Below the pieces are notes generated by a model that saw only the letters and a list, made by a program, of their open reading frames with translations, made no database searches and was not told where the DNA came from. The translations under genes were made by a program, and so were the position numbers. Of a DNA stretch of 64,000 nt, positions 53,368 to 63,057 are shown in pieces. Source of the DNA: a bacterium (GTDB taxonomy: Bacteria; Zixibacteria; MSB-5A5; GN15; FEB-12); the NCBI GenBank assembly GCA_043811375.1, contig JBDRNJ010000006.1, positions 1 to 64,000 of the forward strand, read 5' to 3'. Every line of letters begins with the position of its first letter. Position 1 is the first letter of the stretch.

Positions 53368-54561
53368 TTACTCCAGGGCTTCCCGCACTATTTGAGCATA
53401 TCGTGCCGCCGGCGGTCCGCTGGTGTAGGTTTCACGAGCATAGCGGCAACCGGCTTCAGCCAGTCGACGGCGCAGGCCGTCATCATCCAACAACCTCAGA
53501 ATAGCCCGGCTCAGACTGGTGCTGTCATCGACCGGAACCAGTAATCCCCGTTGCTCATTTGCTACAATGTCAGGTATCCCACCGGAATCAGTGCCGATAA
53601 CGGCAGCGCCGCACAACATGGCCTCTGAGAGTGCCAGGCCGAAACCTTCCTGGTACGAGTTGAGTACCACCACGGCAGCCCGGTTGTAGACGGTGCGTAG
53701 CTGCGGCTGTGTCACCGGGGGTGACAGCTTTACCCGCCCGGAGAGATTGAGCCGTTCTATCAACCTTTCGATTTCCGGTTGACGGGGGCCGGAGCCGTAT
53801 ATCTCCAGTTTTACTTCCGGTCTTTTTTTCGCTACTGCAGCCAGGGCTTTGATAAGGTATTCAACCCGTTTCTGACTCGTGAAGCGGGTGACGGAGACGA
53901 TCAGATCATGTTCTCGCGGGATATTTTCATCCCGGTAGAAAATGTCTTCATCATGAGGCAGAGGCAGGACTTCCACGGTTTCCTTAATGTGTTGGTCGAG
54001 CCGGACAATCTGTTTTTTAAGGAAGCTCGACACTACCGTCCATCTGTGTATCCGGCGGCAGAAACCTCTGAAGTATGGATAGACGGCCCAGCCGTATCGG
54101 TTCAGAAGTCGGATATCGGTGCCGTGCGAGGAGAGGATCATCGGTAGTTCCCTGGTGTGAGCCAGCCGCTTCATAACGATACCGGCCGGAATCAGCCAGT
54201 GACCGGCCACAACCTGCACTTTCTCACGGTCTATGATGTCGTGGGCGGCGGTGCTGAAATCATTCAGGAAGTGGCGAAATTTGAAAAGCCCGCCCGGAGA
54301 GCCGAACACCCGCTGCTGCATGTTGCCCCGGTAAGCCAGGTTTTCATCTTCCGCTTTTTCGGCGTAGCGAAAGCGGTAAATAGTGACACCATCGACCATC
54401 TCATATTCAATAGCGCCCCTGTCATGAGGCGCCAGGATAATCGGGTGCACACCCAGTTCCGTTAATCGCCGACTCAGCAATGAGATAAATACGCCCGCAT
54501 GATCGCCCTGGAAGCGCGGGTAGTTGTGAGTGAGGACCAGCAGCCGGATGCTTCCCTTCAT
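53368..54561 (-). CDS. GT4 (GT-B) glycosyltransferase
   Basis: HNYPR..AG; QKRVEYLI; EGFGLALSEAM; GGIPDIV. Confidence 0.92.
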   Translation of the reverse strand: MKGSIRLLVLTHNYPRFQGDHAGVFISLLSRRLTELGVHPIILAPHDRGAIEYEMVDGVTIYRFRYAEKAEDENLAYRGNMQQRVFGSPGGLFKFRHFLNDFSTAAHDIIDREKVQVVAGHWLIPAGIVMKRLAHTRELPMILSSHGTDIRLLNRYGWAVYPYFRGFCRRIHRWTVVSSFLKKQIVRLDQHIKETVEVLPLPHDEDIFYRDENIPREHDLIVSVTRFTSQKRVEYLIKALAAVAKKRPEVKLEIYGSGPRQPEIERLIERLNLSGRVKLSPPVTQPQLRTVYNRAAVVVLNSYQEGFGLALSEAMLCGAAVIGTDSGGIPDIVANEQRGLLVPVDDSTSLSRAILRLLDDDGLRRRLAEAGCRYARETYTSGPPAARYAQIVREALE

Positions 54562-54646
54562 GCTGTTTATAGTACACAAACGGCAACAGGGATAAAACAT
54601 AATTTTATTGCTACCCTGACCCCGATTAGTATTTTCAGATAAGACC

Positions 54647-55582
54647 ATGACAACAGACAATCACAGAGAACTGGATTTCATTACTGAGATTCCGTTTGAT
54701 GAAATCCTGACCAATCCGATTCTTGATATCGCTGCTCGCTTCTGGGATGAGGAGAGATACCGCGCTTTTCGTGTTTGTTACCGCTCCATGCGCATCATCG
54801 ATGACCTGATCGATGACCGCAGGACCGCCGGAGGGGTAATATCGGAACGGGAAAGACAGCATTACCGGCAGATGCTGAGTGATTTCATCGAAGCTGTTCG
54901 CGGTCAACGACCGGCCGATGCCTTCCAGCAGGAACTGGTCGCTGTTATGCGGAAGTTCGATATCCCTGTCTGGCCCTGGGAGCGGCTGGCCAGGGCTATG
55001 ATCTATGACCTCTCCCACTATGGATTCCCCACCTTTCGGCGTTTTTTGAAATACTGTGAAGGAGCCGCCGTTGCCCCGGCCTCGGTCTTTATGCATCTGT
55101 GCGGTGTTACCCACCGGGAGGGCCGGTACATACGGCCAACGTTCGATAGTCGCCGGGCCGCCCGACCGCTGGCTCTGTTCTCCTACCTGGTGCACATTAT
55201 CAGGGATTTTGAACCCGATCAGAAGGCCAGTCTGAACTACTTTGCCGATGATCTGTTGAGCAGCTTTGATTTGAAACCATCAGACCTTACTGAGATGGTT
55301 GAAACCGGACAGATTAAACCCGCATTGCGGGAATTGATCGGTCGCTATGGCCAATACGCCATATATTACAGAACCGAAGCGCGGTCAACTCTCGACCGCC
55401 TTAAGCAGCATCTTGAAAGCCGGTATCGTCTGAGCCTGGAGATAGTCTATGGTCTGTATCTGCAGATATTTGAACGCATTAATCCGGAGCGAGGCAGTTT
55501 TTCGGCATCGGATCTCAACCCCCGACCGGAAGAAATCCGGCAACGTATCGACACTATAACGACATCCTTTCAGCGAAATTGA
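54647..55582 (+). CDS. Squalene/phytoene synthase family protein
   Basis: Y..MRIIDDLIDD (DDxxD); YCEGAA; HIIRDFEPD second motif. Confidence 0.8.
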   Translation: MTTDNHRELDFITEIPFDEILTNPILDIAARFWDEERYRAFRVCYRSMRIIDDLIDDRRTAGGVISERERQHYRQMLSDFIEAVRGQRPADAFQQELVAVMRKFDIPVWPWERLARAMIYDLSHYGFPTFRRFLKYCEGAAVAPASVFMHLCGVTHREGRYIRPTFDSRRAARPLALFSYLVHIIRDFEPDQKASLNYFADDLLSSFDLKPSDLTEMVETGQIKPALRELIGRYGQYAIYYRTEARSTLDRLKQHLESRYRLSLEIVYGLYLQIFERINPERGSFSASDLNPRPEEIRQRIDTITTSFQRN

Positions 55583-55715
55583 GAGGATTTTTTGAGGAAG
55601 ATATGTTATTCATGTCGGTATTACTTCTGACAGAAGAGCTGGCCGCTGTTGCGGTACCCGGACTTGCCGGGAGCCGGATCGGGCCGGGTAATGTATAAGA
55701 GATGGAGGAAAAACT

Positions 55716-57065
55716 ATGAAAATGCTCACAATCACCGGTCTGTTGTTGGTGCTGGCCATGATGGTTCACGCCGATGAGGTTGCCGTCACGGTGTACAACA
55801 GCAACCTGGGAGTGATCAGCGAAACACGATCGCTGCCGTTCGAGAAGGGTGTCCATCGGTTGGCTTTTCGCGATGTTCCCTCCCGGATCGACGCCAGTTC
55901 CGTCAGGTTTGACATTACAGGCTCCGATCGCGGGGCGACGATTCTCGAGCAGAATTATGTTTATGATCTGGTCAGCCCGGAGCAGATGTATATCAAGTAT
56001 ATCGATCACGAGATTGAGCTGATCGACACTGATGGCAAGCTCTACTCCGGGACACTGCTGGCTTATGGCGGTGGCGCTGTGACCCTGAAGGAAGAATCCG
56101 GCCGGGTCAAGATTGTGAGGCTGGAACATGTCGCCGAAGTTAATTTCCCCAGTCTTCCGGAGGGGCTTGTTACCAGGCCGACACTATTCTGGCTGTACGC
56201 CTCCGATGTCAAGGGTCAGTTTGATTGTCGGGTCGGTTATCAGACTTCCGGGTTGATCTGGTCCGCCGAGTACGTCGGCGTGCTCAGTAGTGACGAGAAA
56301 CAGCTTGACCTGTCGGGCTGGTCATCGATCAACAACACTTCCGGCAAGACTTACACTGACGCTACGTTGAAGCTGGTAGCGGGAGATATCCATCGCGCCA
56401 AGGGGGAGTCGGAGCCCCGGATGATGAAAACACTGGCGATGGCCGACGTTGCCGGCGCACCCGGTTTCGAGGAAAAGGCTTTCTTTGAATACCACCTGTA
56501 CACCTTGCCGCGTCGGGCGACCCTGGCTGATCGGGAAATCAAACAAATTTCGCTGTTTGAGCCGGCCGGCACGACGGTGGAGAAGGTCTTTGTGTATCGA
56601 CCCGAACGCAATCCGAAAAACGTCGAAGTGGCCCTGAAGTTTCAAAACTCCGCCGAAGCCGGGCTGGGCCTGCCGTTGCCGGCCGGGAGGGTACGACTGT
56701 TTAAGGCTGATGACGACGGTTCTCTCATCCTGTTGGGTGAAGACCGGATCGACCATACGCCGCGGGATGAAGAGTTGAATCTGAAAGTAGGCTATGCCTT
56801 TGACATCGCCGCCGAAGAGAGGATGATGGATCAGAGTCGCATCTCCAAGCAGGTCGAGGAAAGGACTTATGAAATCGAACTGCGCAATCGGAAACAAGAG
56901 GACGTGACGATCAAGATCGAGAAGAAATTGTATGGAGATTGGGATGTGGTCGAAACCAACTTTGAATATACGAAGAAAGATGCCGGCACCCTGGTGTTTA
57001 ATATCCCGGTCGGAGCCGGGGAGACGGTCACGGTTCGCTTTCGGGCGCGCTTCAATCTGCAGTGA
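55716..57065 (+). CDS. DUF4139-domain secreted protein
   Basis: VTVYN; EQNYVYDL; WSAEY; YHLYTL; PLPAGRVR. Confidence 0.85.
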   Translation: MKMLTITGLLLVLAMMVHADEVAVTVYNSNLGVISETRSLPFEKGVHRLAFRDVPSRIDASSVRFDITGSDRGATILEQNYVYDLVSPEQMYIKYIDHEIELIDTDGKLYSGTLLAYGGGAVTLKEESGRVKIVRLEHVAEVNFPSLPEGLVTRPTLFWLYASDVKGQFDCRVGYQTSGLIWSAEYVGVLSSDEKQLDLSGWSSINNTSGKTYTDATLKLVAGDIHRAKGESEPRMMKTLAMADVAGAPGFEEKAFFEYHLYTLPRRATLADREIKQISLFEPAGTTVEKVFVYRPERNPKNVEVALKFQNSAEAGLGLPLPAGRVRLFKADDDGSLILLGEDRIDHTPRDEELNLKVGYAFDIAAEERMMDQSRISKQVEERTYEIELRNRKQEDVTIKIEKKLYGDWDVVETNFEYTKKDAGTLVFNIPVGAGETVTVRFRARFNLQ

Positions 57066-57076
57066 TTTCAATGCGG

Positions 57077-57105
57077 TTGACAAGCTTATTAACATCAGTT
57101 AGATT
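57077..57105 (+). promoter_or_regulatory. Putative sigma70 promoter
   Basis: TTGACA-N17-TAGATT. Confidence 0.55.
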
Positions 57106-57150
57106 CAGCCGTTTAATTGGAGATAATACCTGTTAGTCTGCGAGGAATCT

Positions 57151-58536
57151 ATGTTAAGAGCATTCACAAAAGCGCTGGTGATTGGTTTGGGATTGATGCT
57201 GGTCACAGGTGGAGTTGCGGCCCAGAAGAAGGGCAGGAAACTGAGCGTCGGTGCTTACCTGAAAACGGCCAAGATTGAGATTCTGTCGGGGGAACCCGAG
57301 CGATACGAGTACGCCGTGGCCATGCTCGATTCCCTGTTCATGCATTACGGTCCCCATGCTGAAGGCCTGTACCTTATGGGCCAGATCATGGTCGATGGGA
57401 TCGAGCAGTCGCAAAGCCTGGAGGACAAGGGCACGTACCTGGGTAGTATGGTGGCCTATTTTGATTCCCTGAGGATGTGTTGTGAGAATGAGGAAATCAA
57501 GAAGAGCCGGAAGAAGGGTTGCCAGGAATATGTAACGATATCCGATTCCCTTCAGGTCAAATACTGGCGTGAGTTCTTTAACTCCGGCCTAACCCAATTG
57601 AGTTTTGCCGAAGAACAGAATGCGGAACTTGAACTAACAACCGATTCATCCTCCCGGTCGTTTTTGAAGCAGGGTATCGAGGTCAACCTTGACTCCTGCA
57701 TTCAGAATATGAAGCTTTCAATCATATCAATCGCCGACAGCTCCCGGCCCTACCTCATCATTGACAAGGCCTATGGATTGAAGGGGGATTACCAGTCGGG
57801 TATAGAATGGCTCAGGAAAGGTTTTGACAAATCAAATGACCCCACCGGGGTGCGGCTGTCCATTGCGTATGACTACATCAAGATGAGTGACTGGGCAGGA
57901 GCCATCCCATATTACGAGGAACATATCAGGGAAAACCCGGATGACATGGGTACTCTTAAGAATCTGGGTATCTGTTACAATAATGCCGGTATGTATGATT
58001 CGGCAGCGATAATCAATCTCCGGGTCCTGGAGCTGGAGCCTGAAAATGCTGCCATAGCGGTGACTATCGGCCGGTACTTCAATTCCAAAGCCAGCGCTGC
58101 ATCTGATTCCATGGCGATGTATCAGCAGGAGAACAACAGTGAAATGGCCAACGCCTGGTCGGAGAAAAAGAAGCAGGCATTTGACTCCTCGCGCGTCTTT
58201 TTCCGGCGAGCTTATGAAATCGACCCGGAGAATGTCTCGACTGCCGAGCAGTACGGGCTGGTCTGTGCCCTTCTGGGTGACTACGAGGAAGCAATCATCG
58301 GTTTTGCCAAAGCGGCTGAACTGGAACCTGAGCGGGTCGGTACCTGGACGTCACTGGGCGATTGTCACCTGTCGCTGAAGCAGTTTGATGAAGCTCTGGT
58401 CGCTTATCAGAAAGTTGTGGCACTGGAACCTGACAACCGTAGTGTGTGGGAGCACCTGAGAGACCTTTACATCGAATCCGGCCAGAAGGCCAAGAGAGCC
58501 GAAGCGGAAAAGAAACTTCAGGAACTCGACAGATAA
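57151..58536 (+). CDS. Secreted TPR protein
   Basis: Signal peptide; repeated LG..Y...A..Y..A.EL.P motifs. Confidence 0.85.
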   Translation: MLRAFTKALVIGLGLMLVTGGVAAQKKGRKLSVGAYLKTAKIEILSGEPERYEYAVAMLDSLFMHYGPHAEGLYLMGQIMVDGIEQSQSLEDKGTYLGSMVAYFDSLRMCCENEEIKKSRKKGCQEYVTISDSLQVKYWREFFNSGLTQLSFAEEQNAELELTTDSSSRSFLKQGIEVNLDSCIQNMKLSIISIADSSRPYLIIDKAYGLKGDYQSGIEWLRKGFDKSNDPTGVRLSIAYDYIKMSDWAGAIPYYEEHIRENPDDMGTLKNLGICYNNAGMYDSAAIINLRVLELEPENAAIAVTIGRYFNSKASAASDSMAMYQQENNSEMANAWSEKKKQAFDSSRVFFRRAYEIDPENVSTAEQYGLVCALLGDYEEAIIGFAKAAELEPERVGTWTSLGDCHLSLKQFDEALVAYQKVVALEPDNRSVWEHLRDLYIESGQKAKRAEAEKKLQELDR

Positions 58537-58639
58537 ATCTATTTGGACTGTCCGCCAGTCGCTGGTCGGACATATAGACAGCAAACATTGACGGCAGGCA
58601 CGAGGCCTGCCGTTTTTGATCGGCGAGGATGTCCCGGTA

Positions 58640-61039
58640 ATGGCTCGCACCAGCGAATACGTCACGGTGGCCGTATCCGGCCCCCTGCGCAGAACTTTCA
58701 CCTATCGCCTGCCGTCGATATCGACTACTCTACAGCCGGGACAAAGGGTTCTGGTGCCTTTTGGTTCGGCCAGGAAAGTTGGTTTCTACCTCGGCCCGGG
58801 TGAACCGATCGGGTCTCTGAAGATCAAGGAGATCATCAGATTTATCGATGAGTACTCACTGTTTCCCAAAGAACTGTTTCGCCTGTGCTGCTGGATGGCT
58901 GACTACTATTTCGCCAATCCGGCCGACTGCCTTCAGACAGTATTGCCGCCGGGTATGAAGTCCGGCCACCAGGCAGTCTACTATTACAGCGAGACGGCCG
59001 ACCGAAGTGTTTCATTACCCGCCTGGCTGGAACCGTTAGTGAAGCCGGGACGACCGGTGGCGATATCAACGTTGCGCAGGATAAAATCCCAGGGTGGTCG
59101 TCTGCTGACACGATTACGACAGCAGGAAGTTATTACCGAAGTCTGGCCGGAAGTGAGTTCCCGGTCCCAAAGGAAGGCCGCCGGCTACCGGGTCGCGGCG
59201 GTCGAGAAATGGCATCTGTATTTTCAGAAGAAGGGCTTCACCCCGGAGCCATTTGATGGCACCAGGACCCGAAAAGAATTAACAGCCACCGGTTTCAGCG
59301 ATTACCGCATCCGCCAATCGGTGGCGGATGGTCTCCTGCAACCGGTTTACCATGATGATCTCAAAACAATACTGAGTTTTATCGAACCAAGGCAGGATGT
59401 CGCTTCTCTCGTACTTAATGATGAACAACAGTCTGTGCTGGATACTCTCAAGGCCGATCTCAATAGTGGTTTCACTACCGGTCTGCTTCACGGAATCACC
59501 GGTTCCGGCAAGACCCTGGTCTACTGCCACCTGGCCAGGGAAGTGCTGCGGCAGTCGAAGACCGTTTTGGTTCTTACACCGGAGATTGCCCTGGCCGGGA
59601 CCACTTTGGCATATTTCAGGGGTTTCTTTGGCGGGCAGGTGACAGTAGTGCATTCGGCGATGACCCCGCGAGAGAGGATGGCCGGATGGCGGGGTGTCAG
59701 GGAAGGGAAATTCCGTGTTGTGGTGGGTCCGCGCTCGGCTTTATTGACGCCGTTGCCGGACCTGGGATTGATTGTGGTCGACGAAGAACATGACAGCTCC
59801 TACAAACAGAATGATCCGGCACCGCGCTTCCATGGCCGCGACACAGCCATCATGCGGGCCAGATTTAACGACATCCCTGTTTTGCTGGGTTCGGCCTCAC
59901 CGTCTCTCGAATCATACTATAACACCCGCACCGGTCGGTATCGTCTGCTGCGTCTCACCAGGCGTCCCGGCACTACCAGCCTGCCGACCGTAAAAGTAGT
60001 AGACATGCGCAAAGAGCGAATCAGGGGTGACCTGCCGTTTCTGTCTTACCCGCTTAAAAAAGCAGTCGAAAGACGGCTGCAAAACGATGAGCAGGTTATT
60101 CTTTATCTCAACCGGCGCGGCCACTCCCCACAACTCAAGTGTGCATCATGCGGCCATGTACCCCAGTGTCCTCAGTGCCGGGTGAACCTGACCTGGCACA
60201 AAGCCGGTGGTAAGCTCTCGTGTCACTACTGTGGCCACCTGGCGGCCGGATTCAGCAGTTGTCCCCGGTGTGGGGGCGGCGATATTCTCTATCTTGGAGC
60301 CGGGACCCAGAAGGTGGAAGAGGCCGTTGGCCGCCTGTTTACCGATGCTCGAGCGGTCCGGTTCGATTCTGATTCTGTAGCTGGAAGGACCAAAGCCCAC
60401 CAGGTCCTGACCCGGTTTGCCGCCGGAGAGCACAATCTGTTGCTGGGGACACAGATGGTTACCAAAGGGCTGGACCTGCCGGGAGTAACTCTGGTGGGCG
60501 TACTGGCGGCTGATCTCAGCCTGGACCTGCCTGATTTCCGTGCTTCCGAGCGAACCTTTATGCAACTTCTCCAGGTAGCCGGTCGTTGTGGCCGCGCCGA
60601 CAAACCGGGTGAAGTGTTAATCCAGACTTTCTATCCTGACAGCCCGGTTATAAACGAAGCTGCCGCTCAGGACTATCAGACATTCTTCGACCGGGAGATA
60701 AAATCCCGCCGGGAACTTCACTATCCGCCGACAGCACGCCTGGTTAATTTTGTCCTTTCCTCGACGAACGAAAAGCAACTGGAGTCCGCAATCACCTCTT
60801 TTCGTGACCGGCTTAACCGGACGGTCGACGAGTCCGGCGTCAAGGTCACCATACTGGGTCCGGCGCCCTGCCCCATGTATTTTCTACGCGGCCGCTACCG
60901 CCGGCAACTGATTGTCAAGACCCGACAGGTAATAAAACTCCTGAAAACCCTGACCGACTGGGAGAACCGCCGGCCACGATTCAAACTGCCCTCCTCGGTG
61001 CGTATCGCCGTCGACGTAGATGCTCAGGATATGATGTAG
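58640..61039 (+). CDS. priA: Primosomal protein N'
   Basis: GITGSGKT; DEEH; GSASPS; four CxxC; GTQMVTKGLD; QVAGRCGR. Confidence 0.97.
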   Translation: MARTSEYVTVAVSGPLRRTFTYRLPSISTTLQPGQRVLVPFGSARKVGFYLGPGEPIGSLKIKEIIRFIDEYSLFPKELFRLCCWMADYYFANPADCLQTVLPPGMKSGHQAVYYYSETADRSVSLPAWLEPLVKPGRPVAISTLRRIKSQGGRLLTRLRQQEVITEVWPEVSSRSQRKAAGYRVAAVEKWHLYFQKKGFTPEPFDGTRTRKELTATGFSDYRIRQSVADGLLQPVYHDDLKTILSFIEPRQDVASLVLNDEQQSVLDTLKADLNSGFTTGLLHGITGSGKTLVYCHLAREVLRQSKTVLVLTPEIALAGTTLAYFRGFFGGQVTVVHSAMTPRERMAGWRGVREGKFRVVVGPRSALLTPLPDLGLIVVDEEHDSSYKQNDPAPRFHGRDTAIMRARFNDIPVLLGSASPSLESYYNTRTGRYRLLRLTRRPGTTSLPTVKVVDMRKERIRGDLPFLSYPLKKAVERRLQNDEQVILYLNRRGHSPQLKCASCGHVPQCPQCRVNLTWHKAGGKLSCHYCGHLAAGFSSCPRCGGGDILYLGAGTQKVEEAVGRLFTDARAVRFDSDSVAGRTKAHQVLTRFAAGEHNLLLGTQMVTKGLDLPGVTLVGVLAADLSLDLPDFRASERTFMQLLQVAGRCGRADKPGEVLIQTFYPDSPVINEAAAQDYQTFFDREIKSRRELHYPPTARLVNFVLSSTNEKQLESAITSFRDRLNRTVDESGVKVTILGPAPCPMYFLRGRYRRQLIVKTRQVIKLLKTLTDWENRRPRFKLPSSVRIAVDVDAQDMM

Positions 61040-61337
61040 GCAGCATCCGTATCAGCGCCAGTAAGTATCATCTACCGCCATTACCTGAAATTGATAAAAT
61101 CATCAGCCTGGTTCCGGCTGCAACCAAACCTGAACTTGATAATGTACTGGAAGGTGCTAAGTTCACTCAAGCCGTTTACGGCGGTTGGTTGAGGGTTATA
61201 TTATGCTGTCATAGAGAGAGTTACGTCAGGTCATTTTCAGGCAAGTCTATTATTAAGAGATGTGAAAAAAATACGAATTGTCTAAGATAAAAGTTGACAT
61301 AGGTTTTGTGGACATATTAAATACAATTTTCAAAGAC

Positions 61338-61424
61338 ATGTTAATCATAATTTTAGGCATAGTACTACTATTGCTTTCAGACGCCAAACTGCTGGCCATA
61401 GAGGGAGCGGCGGTTGTCGTCTAA
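61338..61424 (+). CDS. Putative leader peptide, Leu/Ile/Val-rich (28 aa), not in ORF track
   Basis: Hand translation MLIIILGIVLLLLSDAKLLAIEGAAVVV*; 11 of codons 2-13 are Leu/Ile/Val. Confidence 0.6.
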   Translation: MLIIILGIVLLLLSDAKLLAIEGAAVVV

Positions 61425-61470
61425 ATTCACGAGGACTGGGGATAAAACCCCGCACGGTTTTGGCATTTGT

Positions 61471-61504
61471 GGCCACCCGGTATTGATCGGGTGGCCTTTT
61501 TTTT
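61471..61504 (+). terminator. Intrinsic terminator in the 5' leader (attenuator)
   Basis: GGCCACCCGGT-ATTG-ATCGGGTGGCC followed by T8, 22 nt before the ATG. Confidence 0.85.
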
Positions 61505-61526
61505 ACCCCAACATGAGGAGAGCGAG

Positions 61527-62522
61527 ATGCGGCATTTAGCGGTTACCAATGGCGAGTTTGTCAGGACCAGTGTCCTGCGTTCGAGGTTACTCAAGTCTGC
61601 CCGCGATTGGTTTGATGAACATTCATTTGTCGAGATTCAGGTACCTCATATTACCGGAGCAACCGGTTCCTGCGAGTGGTTTCCCAACGCCATGCCGGTC
61701 ACGATGTTCGATCAGGATGGTGCCGAGACCACCATGTTCCTGCGGCAGACGGGGCAACTCTACCTGGAAGCCTTCACGGTCGCCCATAACCGTGTCTACA
61801 CCATTGGACCGTCGTTTCGTCAGGAACGCAAGGTAACCGACCGCCACCTGTGCGAATTCACGCTAATCGAGTTTGAGGCTCGGGACCTTGACCTGGACAG
61901 CCTGATGGATCACATTGAGTCGTTGATCAAAACAATGTTTACCGGTGCACAGGAATTGTATCCCAACGGTTTGCTGTCTAAGTACGCACACCTGCCGTTT
62001 AACCGGATATCGTACGCTGACGCAGTTGCTCTTCTGCAGACGAACGGCCACACGATTGAGCTAGGTGATGATTTCGGAAGTGGCGAAGAAGGAGCTCTGT
62101 GCCGGATGCTTCACGATCTGCCAACTTTTGTGACTCATTACCCCTCCAATCCCAGACCGAAAAAGGGCGGCGTGATAAAGTTCTTCTCCATGAAACGCGA
62201 TAACGGGACCACGCTTTGTTGCGACCTGCTGCTGCCGCACGCCGGGGAATCAGTCGGCGGAGCCGTGCGTGAGGGCTGCACCGGGACCTGCAAGAAACAG
62301 TTTGAGGAATCTTACATGTACGACCACCTGGTGGAACGTGGTGTCGATCCGGCCCAGTTTGAGTGGTATTTTGAGACGCTCCAGCAGGCGGATGGTCAGT
62401 CGACCGGATGTGGGATCGGCTTTGAGCGGGTGGTGCAGTCAATCATGGCGACTGAGCAAGGCCACATGAGTATCAAGACGGCTGTGGAGTTGCCGCGATC
62501 ACCGGAGTTCCTGACGCCTTAG
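61527..62522 (+). CDS. AsnRS/AspRS-like class II aaRS catalytic-domain-only paralog (331 aa)
   Basis: FVEIQVPHI (motif 1); FLRQTGQLYLEA; GPSFRQE..RHLCEF (motif 2); GCGIGFERVV (motif 3); no N-terminal OB domain; GAGGAG RBS. Confidence 0.85.
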   Translation: MRHLAVTNGEFVRTSVLRSRLLKSARDWFDEHSFVEIQVPHITGATGSCEWFPNAMPVTMFDQDGAETTMFLRQTGQLYLEAFTVAHNRVYTIGPSFRQERKVTDRHLCEFTLIEFEARDLDLDSLMDHIESLIKTMFTGAQELYPNGLLSKYAHLPFNRISYADAVALLQTNGHTIELGDDFGSGEEGALCRMLHDLPTFVTHYPSNPRPKKGGVIKFFSMKRDNGTTLCCDLLLPHAGESVGGAVREGCTGTCKKQFEESYMYDHLVERGVDPAQFEWYFETLQQADGQSTGCGIGFERVVQSIMATEQGHMSIKTAVELPRSPEFLTP

Positions 62523-62649
62523 AGACGGCAACGGATTCAACTCAGTGGCGGCGGCATGGAAGTATCCAGGGGCGGATTGCCGGGCTTCAGGTAGTCGGTG
62601 AACGATGGCCGGGTCACGGCAGGCGGTCGGGCTGAAGTCTGGTGAAACA

Positions 62650-62722
62650 TGACCCCAACGGGAGTCGAACCCGTGCTTCCGCCGTGAAAGGGCAGTGTCC
62701 TAGGCCACTAGACGATGGGGTC
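62650..62722 (-). tRNA. tRNA-Glu(TTC)
   Basis: Reverse complement GACCCCATCGTCTAG..CTGCC-CT-TTC-AC-GGCGG..GTTCGACTC..GGGGTCA. Confidence 0.95.
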
Positions 62723-62747
62723 ATATTCGTGACTCTGTCGAGCCTTC

Positions 62748-62775
62748 ATAATACACCTTAATTGCCGCCTGTCAA
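62748..62775 (-). promoter_or_regulatory. sigma70 promoter for tRNA-Glu
   Basis: TTGACA-N16-TATTAT on the minus strand. Confidence 0.7.
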
Positions 62776-62885
62776 GAAGATTACGGCTCTGAAGGCAGGG
62801 CCGATTCCGGAGTTATTTTCGACTGATCCTGCAACCGATAATATCGGGAGAAACCGACGAAGTCGGGAGTGTGACCAGACGAGCA

Positions 62886-63027
62886 TTTTTCTTGCGCCGT
62901 AAAGAATTCTTTTGAAGCGGTCAGGAAAGGATTCCTGACTGCGTGTAAAAATAGAGGTGACTTGTCACTGGCGATGCCGGCGGCCGGGTCACAACTCACC
63001 CGGAGGCGAGCCAAGACCTGACCGAAC
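62886..63027. repeat. Composite REP-like element
   Basis: 62886-62978 is the inverted homolog of 34760-34873; 62967-63027 matches 53217-53277. Confidence 0.75.
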
Positions 63028-63057
63028 GGTAGACATCCCCGGGGATGACCGGTGGGG

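Noticed and set aside
52799..53395. 198-aa ORF across the repeat mosaic
   Set aside because: Overlaps two real genes and translates REP-like repeats (FDSAQ twice).
61436..61455. GGGATAAAACCCCG resembling the 3' part of a ykkC/guanidine-I riboswitch; T-box also considered
   Set aside because: No CTAGGGTTCCG core and no T-box GGTGGxACC sequence; the leader-peptide model explains the region better.
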